Below, piece after piece: positions 29,401-43,534 of a stretch of DNA of 64,000 nt (its first letter is position 1; each line of letters begins with the position of its first letter). Where the stretch lies: positions 97,464,001-97,528,000 of the forward strand of contig NC_042997.1 in assembly GCF_006345805.1 (NCBI RefSeq). Direction: 5' to 3'. The position numbers and the translations under genes were made by a program. This DNA is from Octopus sinensis. Taxonomy: Eukaryota. The notes beneath the pieces are model-generated. The model did no database searches. It was not told the origin of the DNA and was given only the letters and a program-made list of their open reading frames with translations.

Positions 29401-32400
29401 AGGCACCTAACCCACTTACATCTTCAAACATAGTCTGGAAATGAAATTGATTAAAAAACAAAAAGAAAAAAAATATTACACAATTCTGTAATATTAGGCA
29501 TTTGCATAAACTTTTCTTAAATCTAGATCAAAAAAACAACCTTTTAGCATTTAAACTGGCCATATCCAGTAAAAATATTCCGTTTTGGGTTCAAACTAAA
29601 AAAGGTAAAAAAAAGTAAAGTTCCCTCTTAGTTCATACCAACTCATAAGGGCTGGTTTCCAACGCATATAGATTCCTCACTTGGACAGGACACCAGTCTG
29701 TTGCAGGAATACTTACTTCTGTCAGCTGAGTGGATTGGAGCAACGTGAAATGAAATTTTTGTTCAAGAACACAACACATTGCCTGGTCCAGGAATCAAAA
29801 CCACAATCTTCTGATCATGAGTCCAACACCATAACCACATGCGTACACATGTTCAAACTGGCAAGATTTGGCCTCTCACTCCTATCCTACAATGTCATTT
29901 TAAGAGTAAACAATCACACCAATGAAATCTCAAAGCTACATGATAATGCATAATTAACTCAAAAACATGTAAATTTATAAGCATTACATTTGACAGAATC
30001 TGAATGCTGAAAGGTTCTGTTGGGGCAAGTGAAATCGAAATTGAGCCAAATTTGATGACTGGCACCTGTGCCAGTGGAGCGCTAACAGCTCCATCCAAGC
30101 GGGATCACTGCCAGAGCAGCTGTCTGGCTTCCGTGCCGGTGGCACATAAAAAGCAGCATTTGAATGTGATCATTACCAGCGTTGCCTTACTGGCACGTGA
30201 ACAAAACATTTGAGTGAGGTCGTTGCCAGTGCTGCTGGACTGACTCCTGTGCAGGGGGCACGTAAAAAAACACCATTGTGAGCGTGGCCATTGGCAGCAC
30301 CGCTAGACTGACCCTCCTGCCGGTGGCACGTAAAAGCACTCACGACACTCTCGGAGTGGTTGACGTTAGGAAGGGCATCCAGCTGTAGAAACTCTGCCAG
30401 ATCTGATTGGAGCCTGGCGCAGCCAACTGGTTCACCAGTCCTCAGTCAAATCGTCCAACCCAAGCTAGCATGGAAAGCGGACGTTAAATGATGATGATTT
30501 TAGACCTATACGTAAAATATTGTAGTTTAGGTCCAAGTCAGCTCAAATGTAATCATTTTGTCAAGTTTCCAATGTTTCTAGGTCTCCATTATCTAACAAG
30601 CATTTTTTTAAAAAGCAGACTACAATTTGAATTAGACTAGGTTATTATGTCTCATAGCATTCCTATTTTAATTAGTTGAGAAAAATTATCAAAATAAATT
30701 GAGATCTAGTGATTACTAATGACAGATGTTTCTGAAAGCATGTTTTAATACTGTTTTACAATTGTTATAATGCTTGGTTATGATACACCTTATATCATTT
30801 GAAGCCCTCATCATTATTAATCCAGTTTAAATATCAGGAGACAGAATTTGTAATTCATGCTTACTTGATAAAAGGGATCCTACATCAAAGATTTCTTGAA
30901 TAAAAAAAAATTATGTAAAGAAACTAATACAATTATTTCAACTGATGTTAAAAGAAAAAAAAGCTATATTTTACTTTTGTAACAATAACTATTTTTCTAC
31001 TGAAAATGCTGTTTAATTAACAAGATAGATTCAGAATTGGAAAGGTCTCTTTTGTTTGATAAGGTCCTCTTTAACCCTTTAGCAATCAGATTATTCTGCC
31101 AGATGGTTTGAATTAATCAGGAATTATCTTCTAACTTCATGATTTTGATTATTTGAGAGTTTATTTTTAGAATAACATTGTAAGATAGGTGTGAGAGGCC
31201 AGATCTGGCCAGTATGAACATAAAACAAGTAGAATATTTGGGCTGGATATGGCTTGTTTAAACACTAATGGGTTAATAAATAAATAAATGGCTCAACAAA
31301 TCAACTTACCAGAAAGCCACTCTCACTAACATTGGTTTCCATGTTGCATTTCATACGGAGATAAATAGATCCTATCAAAGGGGCATCATAAGGAACCTGA
31401 TGAAGAGAAACAAAAATTTAGAAATTTCAAAATTAACAATCATTAGCTAATATTTTTTTCCCTTTTTAAATTGAAACATGAGCAGTATTAACCCTACTGA
31501 TCCTAAGTAGACATGAAAGTGAACCACCTGTTTACATCCTTTTAACCTTTATGCATTCATAAAGTTACTGGAAATAGATACCAGATTCTTTGGGAATATT
31601 ATAAAATACACAAGATTGGTGGATGGTAGAATTGTTCACTGCTAAACAAAATACCATGTGAAAATTTTATATCTCCTAAATTGATTTTAAACCCCAACGG
31701 CTGGAGTTTACTTTTCACTTTTTTGTGAAGGTTGATACAAGTACTAGTGTAGGAGCTCGCTTTAGCCCTGCATAACCGAGATTCGAAACCAAATCTATAC
31801 ACTTGTTGCTTGTCAGAAGACTGTCTGATTTCTTTCTCATTAATCTCCCAGCATGGAGATAAAACAATAGAATCAGACAGTCGTATGACAAGCAACAAGT
31901 GTGTAGATTTGGTTTTGAATCTCAGTTAGGCAGGACTAAGCAAGCTCCTACACTAGTAAAATACTGGATTGAATGTAATCAACTTGTATTCTGACCATAA
32001 CCTAAATTTGTGGTTTTAAGTCAAAACACTAGAAATCTACATTATGTAATAAGACTGATATTTAATTGTAGTCTTTTAAATTGGTCAAAAGAGAGAGTGT
32101 CCATGGCCATTGCAAGTTCTCCCAGACTGATGACACCAGTGGTAAATGAGGTTCAAGTTAAATACTGGGGGTAAAAATGTGAGTGAAGAAGTTATTCCAG
32201 GAGGCCAATATTTTGGAGGGGAATGAATGGATCAAGTATTTAGTGCATTATTCAAGTAAGACACAGTAAGAATGATAGGAAGAGAGACAGGTAGAGTAAG
32301 CAGGCCTGGGTGGCAAAGATATGTAGTTGGCTAATTTAGAGAAGTAGAGGCCAATAGAGTAATAGAAAAGGCTTACTCGGTCCATAGTGAAGCTATTTTT

Positions 32401-35400
32401 ATCAATATTTGACATTTTCAGAGTGGTAGACCAGGTGAGAGTAAAGCTGCTGCTGTGAATCGAAGTAGGACCTGCTGGGTTGCTGGAAACTGAAAGAAGA
32501 AAAATGTATTGAAATAAGCCAGTAATAAACCTCACTAGGGTTATGAACTACAGACATCAATCACCACCACGGTCATCATCATCATAATGCATGTATGTTT
32601 TCTATGCCAGCCTGAGTTGACTTGGTCATCACAGCCTGAGCTGGTCCTTGTGTGAAGTTACTGTTCTATTAGGTATGGCCTAGGGACCACATTGTCTGTT
32701 TCATTCCGTAGGTTTTCTGCAGCTGGATGTCCTTCCTAACAAAACCACTTTACAAAGTGTATTAGATGCTTTGAAATATTTTTTATGGCACCAGCACTAG
32801 AGAGGTTGCCATCTCAACAAATCAAGACTAAAGGTCAAAACCTCCACATATCAATAACCACTTTGTAGAGTATACTGGGAGCATTTTTTTGAGACATCAG
32901 GACTAGACGGGTTATGTCAATACCAAAACTAAAAGGTTCTCTTAACCCTGTCTTTTCGTTACATTCAAATCCTACATTAGCCCTTCACATGTTCTCAAGG
33001 TGGAACATAACTGCTTCCTCTAGTCTGCCTGACTAACCAAAGAACAGGTCTCATCAGATCTGTTCTTCGATTCATATTTTAGAAAACCAGCCACTGCCAC
33101 ATCCATGCAAATGTAAAAAAAATTTATTCCAAAACAAAAATTATGCAAGCAATTAACCAAATATTAAATACTAGATTTACTAGTATTAGTAACAGTCATG
33201 ACTGTGATAAGGGAGTTTGCTTCTTAAATATATAAGTTCAGGTTCAGTCCCACAGTATGACACTTTTAGCAAATGCCTTCTACTGTAGTCCTAGGCTAAC
33301 GAAAGCCTTGTGAGTGGATTTGATGGATAGAAACTGAAAGAAACCTGTTGTGTGTTCCTCCTTGACATTGTTGTAATAGTTGTAAATGAGTTTCATCATC
33401 ATACAAGTAATGTCATTCATTTCCAACCTTCTATCACATATGAAAGCGCAGGAGTGGCTGTGTGGTAAGTAGCTTGCTTACCAACCACATGGTTCTGAGT
33501 TCAGTCCCACTGCGTGGCACTTTGGGCAAGTGTTTTCTACTATAGCCTTGGGCCGACCAAAGCCTTGTGAGTGGATTTGGTGGACGGAAACTGAAAGAAG
33601 CCTGTCGTGTATATATATATATATATGCGTGTGTATGTGAATGTTTGCGTCTCTGTGTTTGTCCCCCCCGACATCGCTTGATAACCGATGCTGGTGTGTT
33701 CACCTCCCCGTAACTTAGCGGTTTGGCAAAAGAGACCGATAGAATAAGTACTAGGCTTACAAAGAATAAGTCCTGGGGTCGATTTGCACGACTAAAGGTG
33801 GTGCTCCTACATGACCACAGTCAAATGACTGAAACAAGTAAAAGACAGTAAGAGTATATCTGATCATATTACTTTGTTTTGAAACAAAAGTTGATCAGCA
33901 ACAGGATGGGGATCCAGCCATAGAAAATCTGGCTCAACAAATTTTATCTGACTCACTGAAACGTGGAAAAGTGGATATCAAAATAATGATGATGTTGATA
34001 ATTTTAGGACAAGTGTTCTCAGCAGACTAGAGTTGATACCAAGTTTAAATTCCTGAAAGTAACTATTAATATTACAACTCATTTCTCCTCCACTGATAAT
34101 CCAAAGCTAACTGAATTTTTATCTTAATCCTATGGTAGCATGATCAAATAATATGGATATTTTTCCTAGTGTTAATCATTGAACCATAAAGCAGAATGGA
34201 AGTGTGTTAGGCAAACTGAATAGTAAGATTTGAATTTAACTAAGTAGTCATCTCAGTGACAAAAAGAAAAAAAAAACCCAAAACATTTATTTGCAACCAA
34301 TATGACTTACCTGGTAATATAGGTGGTGCCTTACATTTCTTGCTCTTTTTCTTTTTGCAGCTTCTATCTTTTGACAATTTCTGTGATACAAGATATTTCA
34401 ATTAAATTCCAAAACTATAATGAAAAATCTAAAATGAAATTAAATAATTCCCCCATAATTTATTTAGCAAAATATTAACCCTTTCATTACCAACCCAGCT
34501 GAAACTGGCTCTGAGTACAAATGTCTTGTTTTCATAAGTTTTGAATTGAAATCTTCCACCAAACTTTAGTCACAATTTATGTTCCTAACACTAACTGAAT
34601 GATAACTGAGTTATTTTACTAAATTCTATGTTATATTTAAAGTAATTGAAAGAAACACAGAGCATCTCAAAATAAATACAACAGCTGATGTATTTTTATC
34701 AATAGGTCTAGCACACTCACTGTTGAAATCAATAAAATATATGATTCTAGATACAAGGAAATAAAATTTTCTTTTCCACTTCACAATGTACATTAGCTTT
34801 TAAACCTATATTTTGTTTAACACAAAGATCAAGTTTTGAAATTCAAAATTAATATCTAATTTCACTAATTCAAAAGACTTTTCTTTTGAGCACAATAATA
34901 AATCTGCTTCAATGTTATTTCACTATTCAAACTATCAGGTACACCAATACAATTTGAACATATAAAACATGTTTTTTTTTATAAAACAGAGTTATTTGCA
35001 TTTACAAGTCACTTAAAGTCCTTTAGTTAGTATAATACATTTAGCATACTATTAATTTGATTTTATTCCATATATTCATTTAACAATAGAAAAGTAGAAA
35101 AAAATAATTATGAATTTTCTTGGAAAAGATTAATGACATACTGGTTTCTTGAGTAGAGAAATAAGAAATTAATAAAACAGACCTAATCCAAATTTTTCTC
35201 TTTACCAAATAATCAATGATTGAAAAGAGAAAGCAAAATGTAGTTTTACAAATCAGCAGTCAACTAAGTGACAAACTGGTTTTGTATGTAGAAGAGTTGT
35301 CACAATTTTTGAGATATGTAAGAGGAAGGAGTATGTGCCACAGGAAATTAAGACAAAATATGGAATCAGCTAAAAAGAGTTTTTGCAAAAGCAATAATAG

Positions 35401-38400
35401 AAAAAAATTTTGTTAGCAATCCTAACCATTTCATAGAGCTCCAAAGTAACTTGAAATTTTGATGTAATATCTGTCATTTTTATCATGTTTGGAAAGTCCA
35501 AACTTCCTCTGACCATTGGATCATGTGTTGACATAAGCTGAGTGGTAAACACCTGAGGACCATTACGGAGGAGTATAACATAGTAGAAAACATTCAGATC
35601 TGAAGAGAGACGAAAATATAAAAAGAAATAGATAGGGGTATCAAATAATTCAAATGTAAAGAAATAATAAAACTGATGTCAAATCTCAGGACAATACCAT
35701 TTATTGCAATAGTTCAAAAGAAATTATTTACCCCAACAGTACTAATTGATACAGATTTAAAACTTTAAAAATAAGTATTTATCTTCATTATTGAAATGTC
35801 CCCTTTCTCATGCCTGTATGGGCAAAAAGAAATTTAAAGCTGATTTTCTATGACTAGATACCCTTTCTGCTGTCAACCCCCATCTGTTCCCAAGTAAGGG
35901 AATATTTTTTGTAGTCCTTCAAGCATAACAGCACACTGGCCAAACATGTTGCTACAGAAGTTTGCAAAGAAATGACACAGCATATATATTATAGGGACAT
36001 TCAGTTTTCAGCTAGCTAAGGATGTCAAGACAAGACAAACACACACACAAGCATACATGTACATGCACACACACATACAGTACATGTGCATATGTGCACA
36101 CACACTCATATACATACAGACTTCTTTTAGTTTCCATCTATGAAATCCACTCCAAAAGTATTTGGCCCAGGGCTATAGTAGTTGCCTAAGGTGGGTGCAA
36201 TGGGATTGAACCTGAAGCCACTTGGTTGTGAAGTGATCTTCTTAAGCACACAACCAGGTAAAATTGTAAAAATACACATTTAACCCATTGTTAGTGCACC
36301 ACTGAAGTATTCCAAAGTATCATTTTGGATGGGTTCCTTGAAGGATGGAAAGATTTAAACTAGACGTGACTGTGTGGTAAGAAGCTTGCTTCCCAATTAC
36401 ATGGTTCCAGGTTCAGTCCCACAGCAAGACACTGTGGGAAAGTGTCTTCTACTATAGATTGGGACTGACCAAATATTTGTGAGTGGATTTGGTAGCCAGA
36501 AACTGAAATAAGTCTATCGTATATAAATATGTGTGTGTGTTTGTCTGCCTCCCCCATCACCTCTTGACAACTGGTATTGGTGTGTTAATGTCCTCCTAAC
36601 TTAGTGGTTTAGCAAAAGAGACTGATATAATAAGTACCAGGCTTAAAAAATAAGTACCGGGGTTAATTCATTAGACAAAAATATTGAAGGTGGTGCTCCT
36701 GCATGTCTACAGTCAAATGATTGAAACCAGTGAAAGAATAATCAAGCTATCAAAGTTCTCTTTTAGCATTCTTATTACTCTGTCAAATACAATGCTTGTT
36801 TATTCACATTATTTTTAATAAATCGTTAATCAGTAAAAATGATTAAAAAAAAAAAGTGTAAAATATAGTTTTACAAATCAGTAGTCAGCTAGGTGACAGA
36901 CTGGTTTTGTATGTAGAAGTGATGTCACAAATTTCCCTGAGAAATGTGAGGAGGAAGGAGCATGTACCACAGGGAGTTGGGATAAAATAAGGAACCAGCA
37001 AAAAAAATTTTTTGCGAAAGCAATATTAGAAAAAAAATATGTTAGCAATCCTAAACATTTCATAGAACTCTAAAGTAACTTGAAATTTTGAGATTTTGAT
37101 GATGTGATTGTTTATTCTTAGAATGATATTGTAGGGTAGGTGTGTGACATGCCAGATCTGACCAGTTTGAATGTACAACAGGTAGAATATTTGGTCTGGG
37201 TACGGCCGGTTTAAATTGTAATGGGTTAAGTATCTCTACCAAGGACTTAATACTACATTGTTTATAAAATGTGAAATATTGCTCACTAAGTTAGTTTATT
37301 ATATTACTTAATTATGTAACTGTTTTATTGACAAGAAAGGATTTTTAAAAAGTGGTCTAAATACTTAGTGTACTAGCTTTCAAATATATTGTGTTTAACC
37401 ATTTTGATACCGACCTGTCTGAGGCTGCTATGGTTTTATGATAGAAAATTCTGTTTTTAGGTACATATAAGTATCAGTACTTTATAAAACCTTTTGTGAA
37501 GTTATATGCCAAACACCCGCTTAATGATGAAGAAGATAGTTATTTAAGTAAATTTCTCCAAATACTTTATTTTAAAAATTGGAGCAGAAAGTATTTTGTT
37601 GGAAATATGGTCAGCATATGGAGTTAGCATATCAAACTGAAAAGTTGAAGTTGGAAGACATAAAAGACAAAATGGTTCATGCCACTATTTGAAGGATAAG
37701 AATAAATGTAAATAAACTTAATTTCAAAAGCAATTTATGGAAGTGACTACTTCACTATAAGATTAATGTACTTGTGTTCTACACTGTAGTCTATGACAAA
37801 ACTCTTGCAAGAGAAATAACTTTCTCAGCAAAGACAAAGGGTATGTTATAGACGAAAGCAAACAAACTTGACTGCCTACCATACACTGTGCTCAGTCTGC
37901 TGACAAAGTCTTTTTTCAATGGTAGTCGGATGTCACTTATAGCCAAAGTTCCTTTAGTGCCAGGCCCAAAAGGATTCAAGCAGTTCGAAGTTTTCAAACG
38001 CTGAATTTCTTCTAAATATGCTCGGCGCTTCTGACCTGAAATATGAAAACAAACACCATAATACAGTTTTTCTAAGCCCTACAAAAGAAGTCAGAAGGCT
38101 AGGCCTCTAACCAGGCCTTTTGCAGCCCCCAGCTCCCTTGTATATAAAAAAAGACATGATCACACTTGCTTGACATTTATAATTAACATTCATCAATGCT
38201 GTCTTTTTTTTTTTTGTTTCTTATTCAATAATGGAATTGTTCCAAAGCAAGCATGAAAGCATGTTGTCTAGTGGTTAGGTTGTTGCAATCATGAAAGATT
38301 GCAGTTTCAATATATGGACCAAGTGGCACATGGTGTTCGTGGGCTAAATACATCATTTCATGTCGCTCCAGTCCACTCAGCTGTAAATGAGTAACCCTGC

Positions 38401-41400
38401 AACGGTGTCCCATTCAGGGAAAATGTTGCAACCTCATCCCTCTCAGTCACTTATACACCACAGAAACCAGGTAATCATTCCTAAGAGTCCCAGGACTCAA
38501 AGCAGTAATGTCCAAGGATCATTACCGTCAAAGCAAGTGTGCTCACTGGTTAAAAAATACATAGAGAGTCAACAAAAGAAGTGGATATTTAATGAACATA
38601 CAGGCAATTAAAAGTAACTTGTGGCATTCCACTTGCTGGGCCGAACCACTGAAATTGGAGCCTTCAGTGCAGCACTGATTTAGTGCATTGCTGGTTTGCA
38701 AAATTACAGTCTGTTCAAGGGATACCTGATTACTGAGTTGCTAAAATAAAAGAAAAAGAAAAAAAAAAGATTATAGAATAGATGTTTAACTCTTTAGCAT
38801 TTAGATTACTCTGTCAAATGTAATGTTTATTTATTCACATTGTTTTGCATTAATCATGCATTATATTGTAGCTTTGTGATTTCAGTGATGTGAGTATATA
38901 TTTTAACAAAGACATTGTTGGGCAGGTGTGAGAGGCTAGATCTGACCAGTTAGAATGTAAAACTGGTAGAAAATTTGGGGTTAGATATGGTTGATTTAAA
39001 TGGAGAAAAGTCAAATTACCATTTACATACAACTTACACCAGAAGTCATTTGGTCAGTTGTCATGTGAAGGTAATAATTTTGCACCCTATAACAGGAATG
39101 GATGCGTGTGATTAAGAAGCTTATTTCCCAAGCACAGGGCTTTGGAGTCAGCCCTACTATGTGGTTCCTTGGGATGACCAAAACCTACTGAGCATCTTCA
39201 GATTTGGTTGATGGAAACTGAAAGAAGTCCATCATACACATATATAAATAGTGTAATAATAGTCAATATAAATTTTTGATTGGTTGGCTGGTTTTCTACA
39301 GTCACATTTTACATCATATAGTGAAAGGATGAGAAAATAAAAGAGAGTTAACATAAGAGATGCAGCATGAATACACATTCTAAGCTTGGTGGCAGACAAT
39401 GAGTAAGTGAACATCTCACACATACACACACACACAGTGGGTCAGTATGAATTTTCATAATATTAAATCAAAATGGAGGATAATAAGTTTTTAATATTTT
39501 TTTTTTAATTCACAATTTACAACTTCAGTGAACAAAGAGTTTGCTGTTCCAATCATTATAAAAACTTCCAATAACAAAATGCATCAACTAACCTTTATCC
39601 TTTCTAATATACTCTTACGACTATCCTCCTTCGGAGTCTCTCTTTCCAGTTCTTCTTCACTGCTCATAGGACGGCTATTTCGTACAATTTTTTGAACAGG
39701 TGTAGTGTTGTTACTGAATCTGTTAATTAATAATTAGTGTATCAGAATTAATAGATAAAAGATGGCAATTATTGACAGAGAGTATTATAAATTCATCATT
39801 ATTTAACGTCTGTTTCCCATGCTGGCATGAATTGGATGATTTGACAGGGAACCCAGCAAGGTTGCATCAGGCTCCGATGTCGTCTTTGGCATGGTTTCTA
39901 TGGCTAGATAACCTTCCTAATACCAAGCACTTTACATAGTGTACTGGGTGATTTTTACATGCTACTGGCACTTGTAACGTTGCCATGAAAATTTGCAAGG
40001 CATAAAAGCTTTATGCTTTTATTAGAAATGATGGCACTGGACTGGTTGAATAGTTAAAGCATCAGACAAGTATTTACTCTAGCTCTTTAAATTGTAAGTT
40101 CAAACTTTTCCTTCCCAAAGTTGAGAGAAAAAGTATATTAATATCAGGTGCAGGCATGGGGCTGTGTGGTAAGAAGTTTGCTCCCCAACCACATGGTTCT
40201 GCGCTCAGTCCCACTGTGTAACACTTTGGACAAGTGACTTCTACTTTAGCCCCAGGCAAACAAAAACCTTGTGAGTGAATTTAGTAGATGGAAACTAAAA
40301 GAAGTGTCATATATGTGTGTGTGTGGGTACGCACGTGTCTGTTCACCACTGCTTGACAACCAGTTGTTTGATGTCCTCCATAGTTAAGCAGTTCAACAAT
40401 AGAGACAGAGTGAAAAAAATTAGTCCCGGGGTCAAGTCATTTGACTAAAGATTTTTCAAGGCAGTGCCCCAGCATGGCTACAGTCTAATGACTGAAACAA
40501 GTAAAAGATATGTAACAAAGTACTGGGATCAATTTAATCTACTAATTCTCCCCCAATAATTTTTGACCTCATGTCTTTGTGAGAAACAATTATCATCATC
40601 GGTTTGCACTGTGATTGGTGTTACGAAGGGCATCCAGCTGTAAAAACCATGCCAAAACAGACACAGAAGTATGGTGCAGTCTTCTGCCTGGCCAGCTCCT
40701 GTCAAACAGCTCAACCCATGCCAGTATGGAAGGAGGACATTAAACAATGATGGTTATTATTAAGGTGGGAAACTGACAGAATTTTTAGAGTACTGAACAA
40801 AATGCTTGTTCAGAATTCAAATCCAGCTGAGGCCAACTTTGCTTTCTATCCCTCCAAGGTTGATAAAATAAAGTACCAGAGTATCAACTAATCCTCTCCC
40901 TTTAAATTTGCTGGTCTTGAGCCTAAATCAGAAAGTATTAACTTGACACAGCTATGCAGCTTACCAGTCCTTATCAAACCATCCAACCCATACTAGCATG
41001 GAAAGCCAATGTTAAATGATGACAAACTGGCAAATCAGTACTGGACAAAATGTCTTGTATATCTTCTAGAACTTTACACCTTGAGTTCAATTCCAGCTCA
41101 AGTCGACTTTACATTTCATCCCTCTGAGGTCAATAAAATGTGCTACTCAAGTACAGGGGTCGATATAATTGACTAACATCCTCCCACTCAAAACTACAAC
41201 CCTTGAAACAATGTGGCAGGGATGTGGGTATGTGTGTGTAAACAACTGGCCATTTCTAGTTGGCTGGAAGGATTACTGTAACTGATTTATGATACCCTTC
41301 TAACCGCTTACCATGCAATCACAAAAAATTATCATCCAAGTCAACTGTCACCAACAGAATGACTAACATCCTCCCACTCAAAACTACAACCCTTGAAACA

Positions 41401-43482
41401 ATGTGGCAGGGATGTGGGTATGTGTGTGTAAACAACTGGGCATTTCTAGTTGGCTGGAAGGATTACTGTAACTGATTTATGATACCCTTCTAACCGCTTA
41501 CCATGCAACCACAAAAAATTATCATCCAAGTCAAGTGTCACCAACAGAATGAACATACAGTGTCCATAAAGTCATGGTGCCATTTAAAATACTTGTGTCT
41601 TCATAACTATACATGACAGAATTTGAAAAAAGGATAAGAAAGAAGGACCAAAACTTTTTATTCACCTTGTTAATTTTCAACATCATCATTATCAAAATCA
41701 ATCAACATCAATGGAAATTGTAGCTGTTTTACCAGCACCGGTGGCACGTAAGAGAACCATCCGAATGTGGCCGTTGCCAGCACCGCCCTGACTGGCCTCC
41801 GTGCTGGTGGCACGTAAAAAGCACCCACTACACTCATGGAGTGGTTGGCATTAGGAAGGGCATCCAACCGTAGAAACGTTGCCAGATCAGACTGGGCCTG
41901 GTGCAGCCTTCTGGCTTCCCAGACCCCAGTTGAATCGTCCAACCCATACTAGCATGGAAAGCGGATGCTAAACGATGATGATCATTACTTATATAAAATG
42001 AAATACAATTCAGTAGTTCTCGGAAAACACTTTCCAGCTGATTTTCAGTAACACCTTCAATTGCATCAGTTATCCTTGTTTTCAAGTCTTAGTTGAACGA
42101 ACAATACTCTTCACATGTCCCCATAAAAAGAAATCCAGTGGAGTCAAATCTGGTGAATGTGGAGGCCAAAACAATGGTCCACCACTTCAAATCCATCTGT
42201 TAAGAAATTTCTCATTTAAAAAACTGCTTAAAGTGACAAGGTGCACCGTCTTGTTGAAAACTCCATTCTCTATCAGTTCTAAATTTTTAAGCTTAAGAAT
42301 GAAGTATTTTTGGAGCATTGCACCTTGACTTTATGGTCAATCTGTATTTTAACCAATGATAAACAAAGTTAGAATGAAATCCAAAGACCAATAACTTACT
42401 CTCAGCCAATAACATGGGACATTATTTGTCAACATTTCATCCTTATGTTTAAGAGGCTCTAAGCAACATTCGTTTATTTAGGGAAAGTCTTATAATTACC
42501 AATGCCAATGATACAGTATTCTTTTATTCATTTCAGTCATTCTGACTGTGACCATGCTGGGGCACCATCTTAAAGGGTATTTTAGTCAAGGAAATCGATC
42601 CCAGCACTTACTCTGCGTAAACTCAGTTCTTATCCTTTCGGTCTCCTTTGCCCAAAGGCTAGGTTACAGGGACATAAATGCACCAACATCGGTTGTCAAG
42701 CAATGGTGGGAGTGTTTGTCATAAACACCAACACAAAGACACACACATACAAATATATACATATATATACAATGGATTTCGTTTTGGTTTCTGTCTACCA
42801 AATCCTCTCACAAGGCTTTGGTTGGTCTGAGGCTATAGCAGAAGACACCCAACGTACCACACAGTGGGTCTGAACCCAGAACCATGTGGTCGGTGAAGCA
42901 GCTTCTTCACCTAACAGCCAAGCCTGAGCCAATATAAACAAAATGTTTTAAAAACTCTACTGAACGAAAGAACATTACCTTTTTGAGCGATACATGCTAA
43001 TACTGTACATCAGAGGGCTTCTCTTGCGCATCACCACATCATCATCTGTTGTTGTATCATCATAGCAACTGTCTGTACAAGTGGCTAACAAATGACTGCC
43101 ACGCTTGTTCTAGTAAAATAAAAATAAATAATCAAGAAATATAAACAAAGGCTATGTTAAATATAACAAAATTCATTCCTTCACAAATCTTAAAAGTGGT
43201 TATTGTTGAGTCAACTCCATTAAAATATAACTGTTTGGGAATATTCTACAGGATTCTGTTATATTCTTTTACTTGCTCCAGTCATTTGACTGAGGCCATG
43301 CTGGAACATCGCCTTGAAAGGGTTTTAGTTAAACAAATCAACCACAGAACCTATTTCTTAAGCCTAATATTCTATTGGTCTCTTGATGAACCACTAAGTT
43401 ACAGGGACATAAACACACAAACATTGGTTATCAAATGGTGGAGACAAACACAGATACACACATTGAGACATACATCAATGTA

Positions 43483-43534
<52 letters not shown>

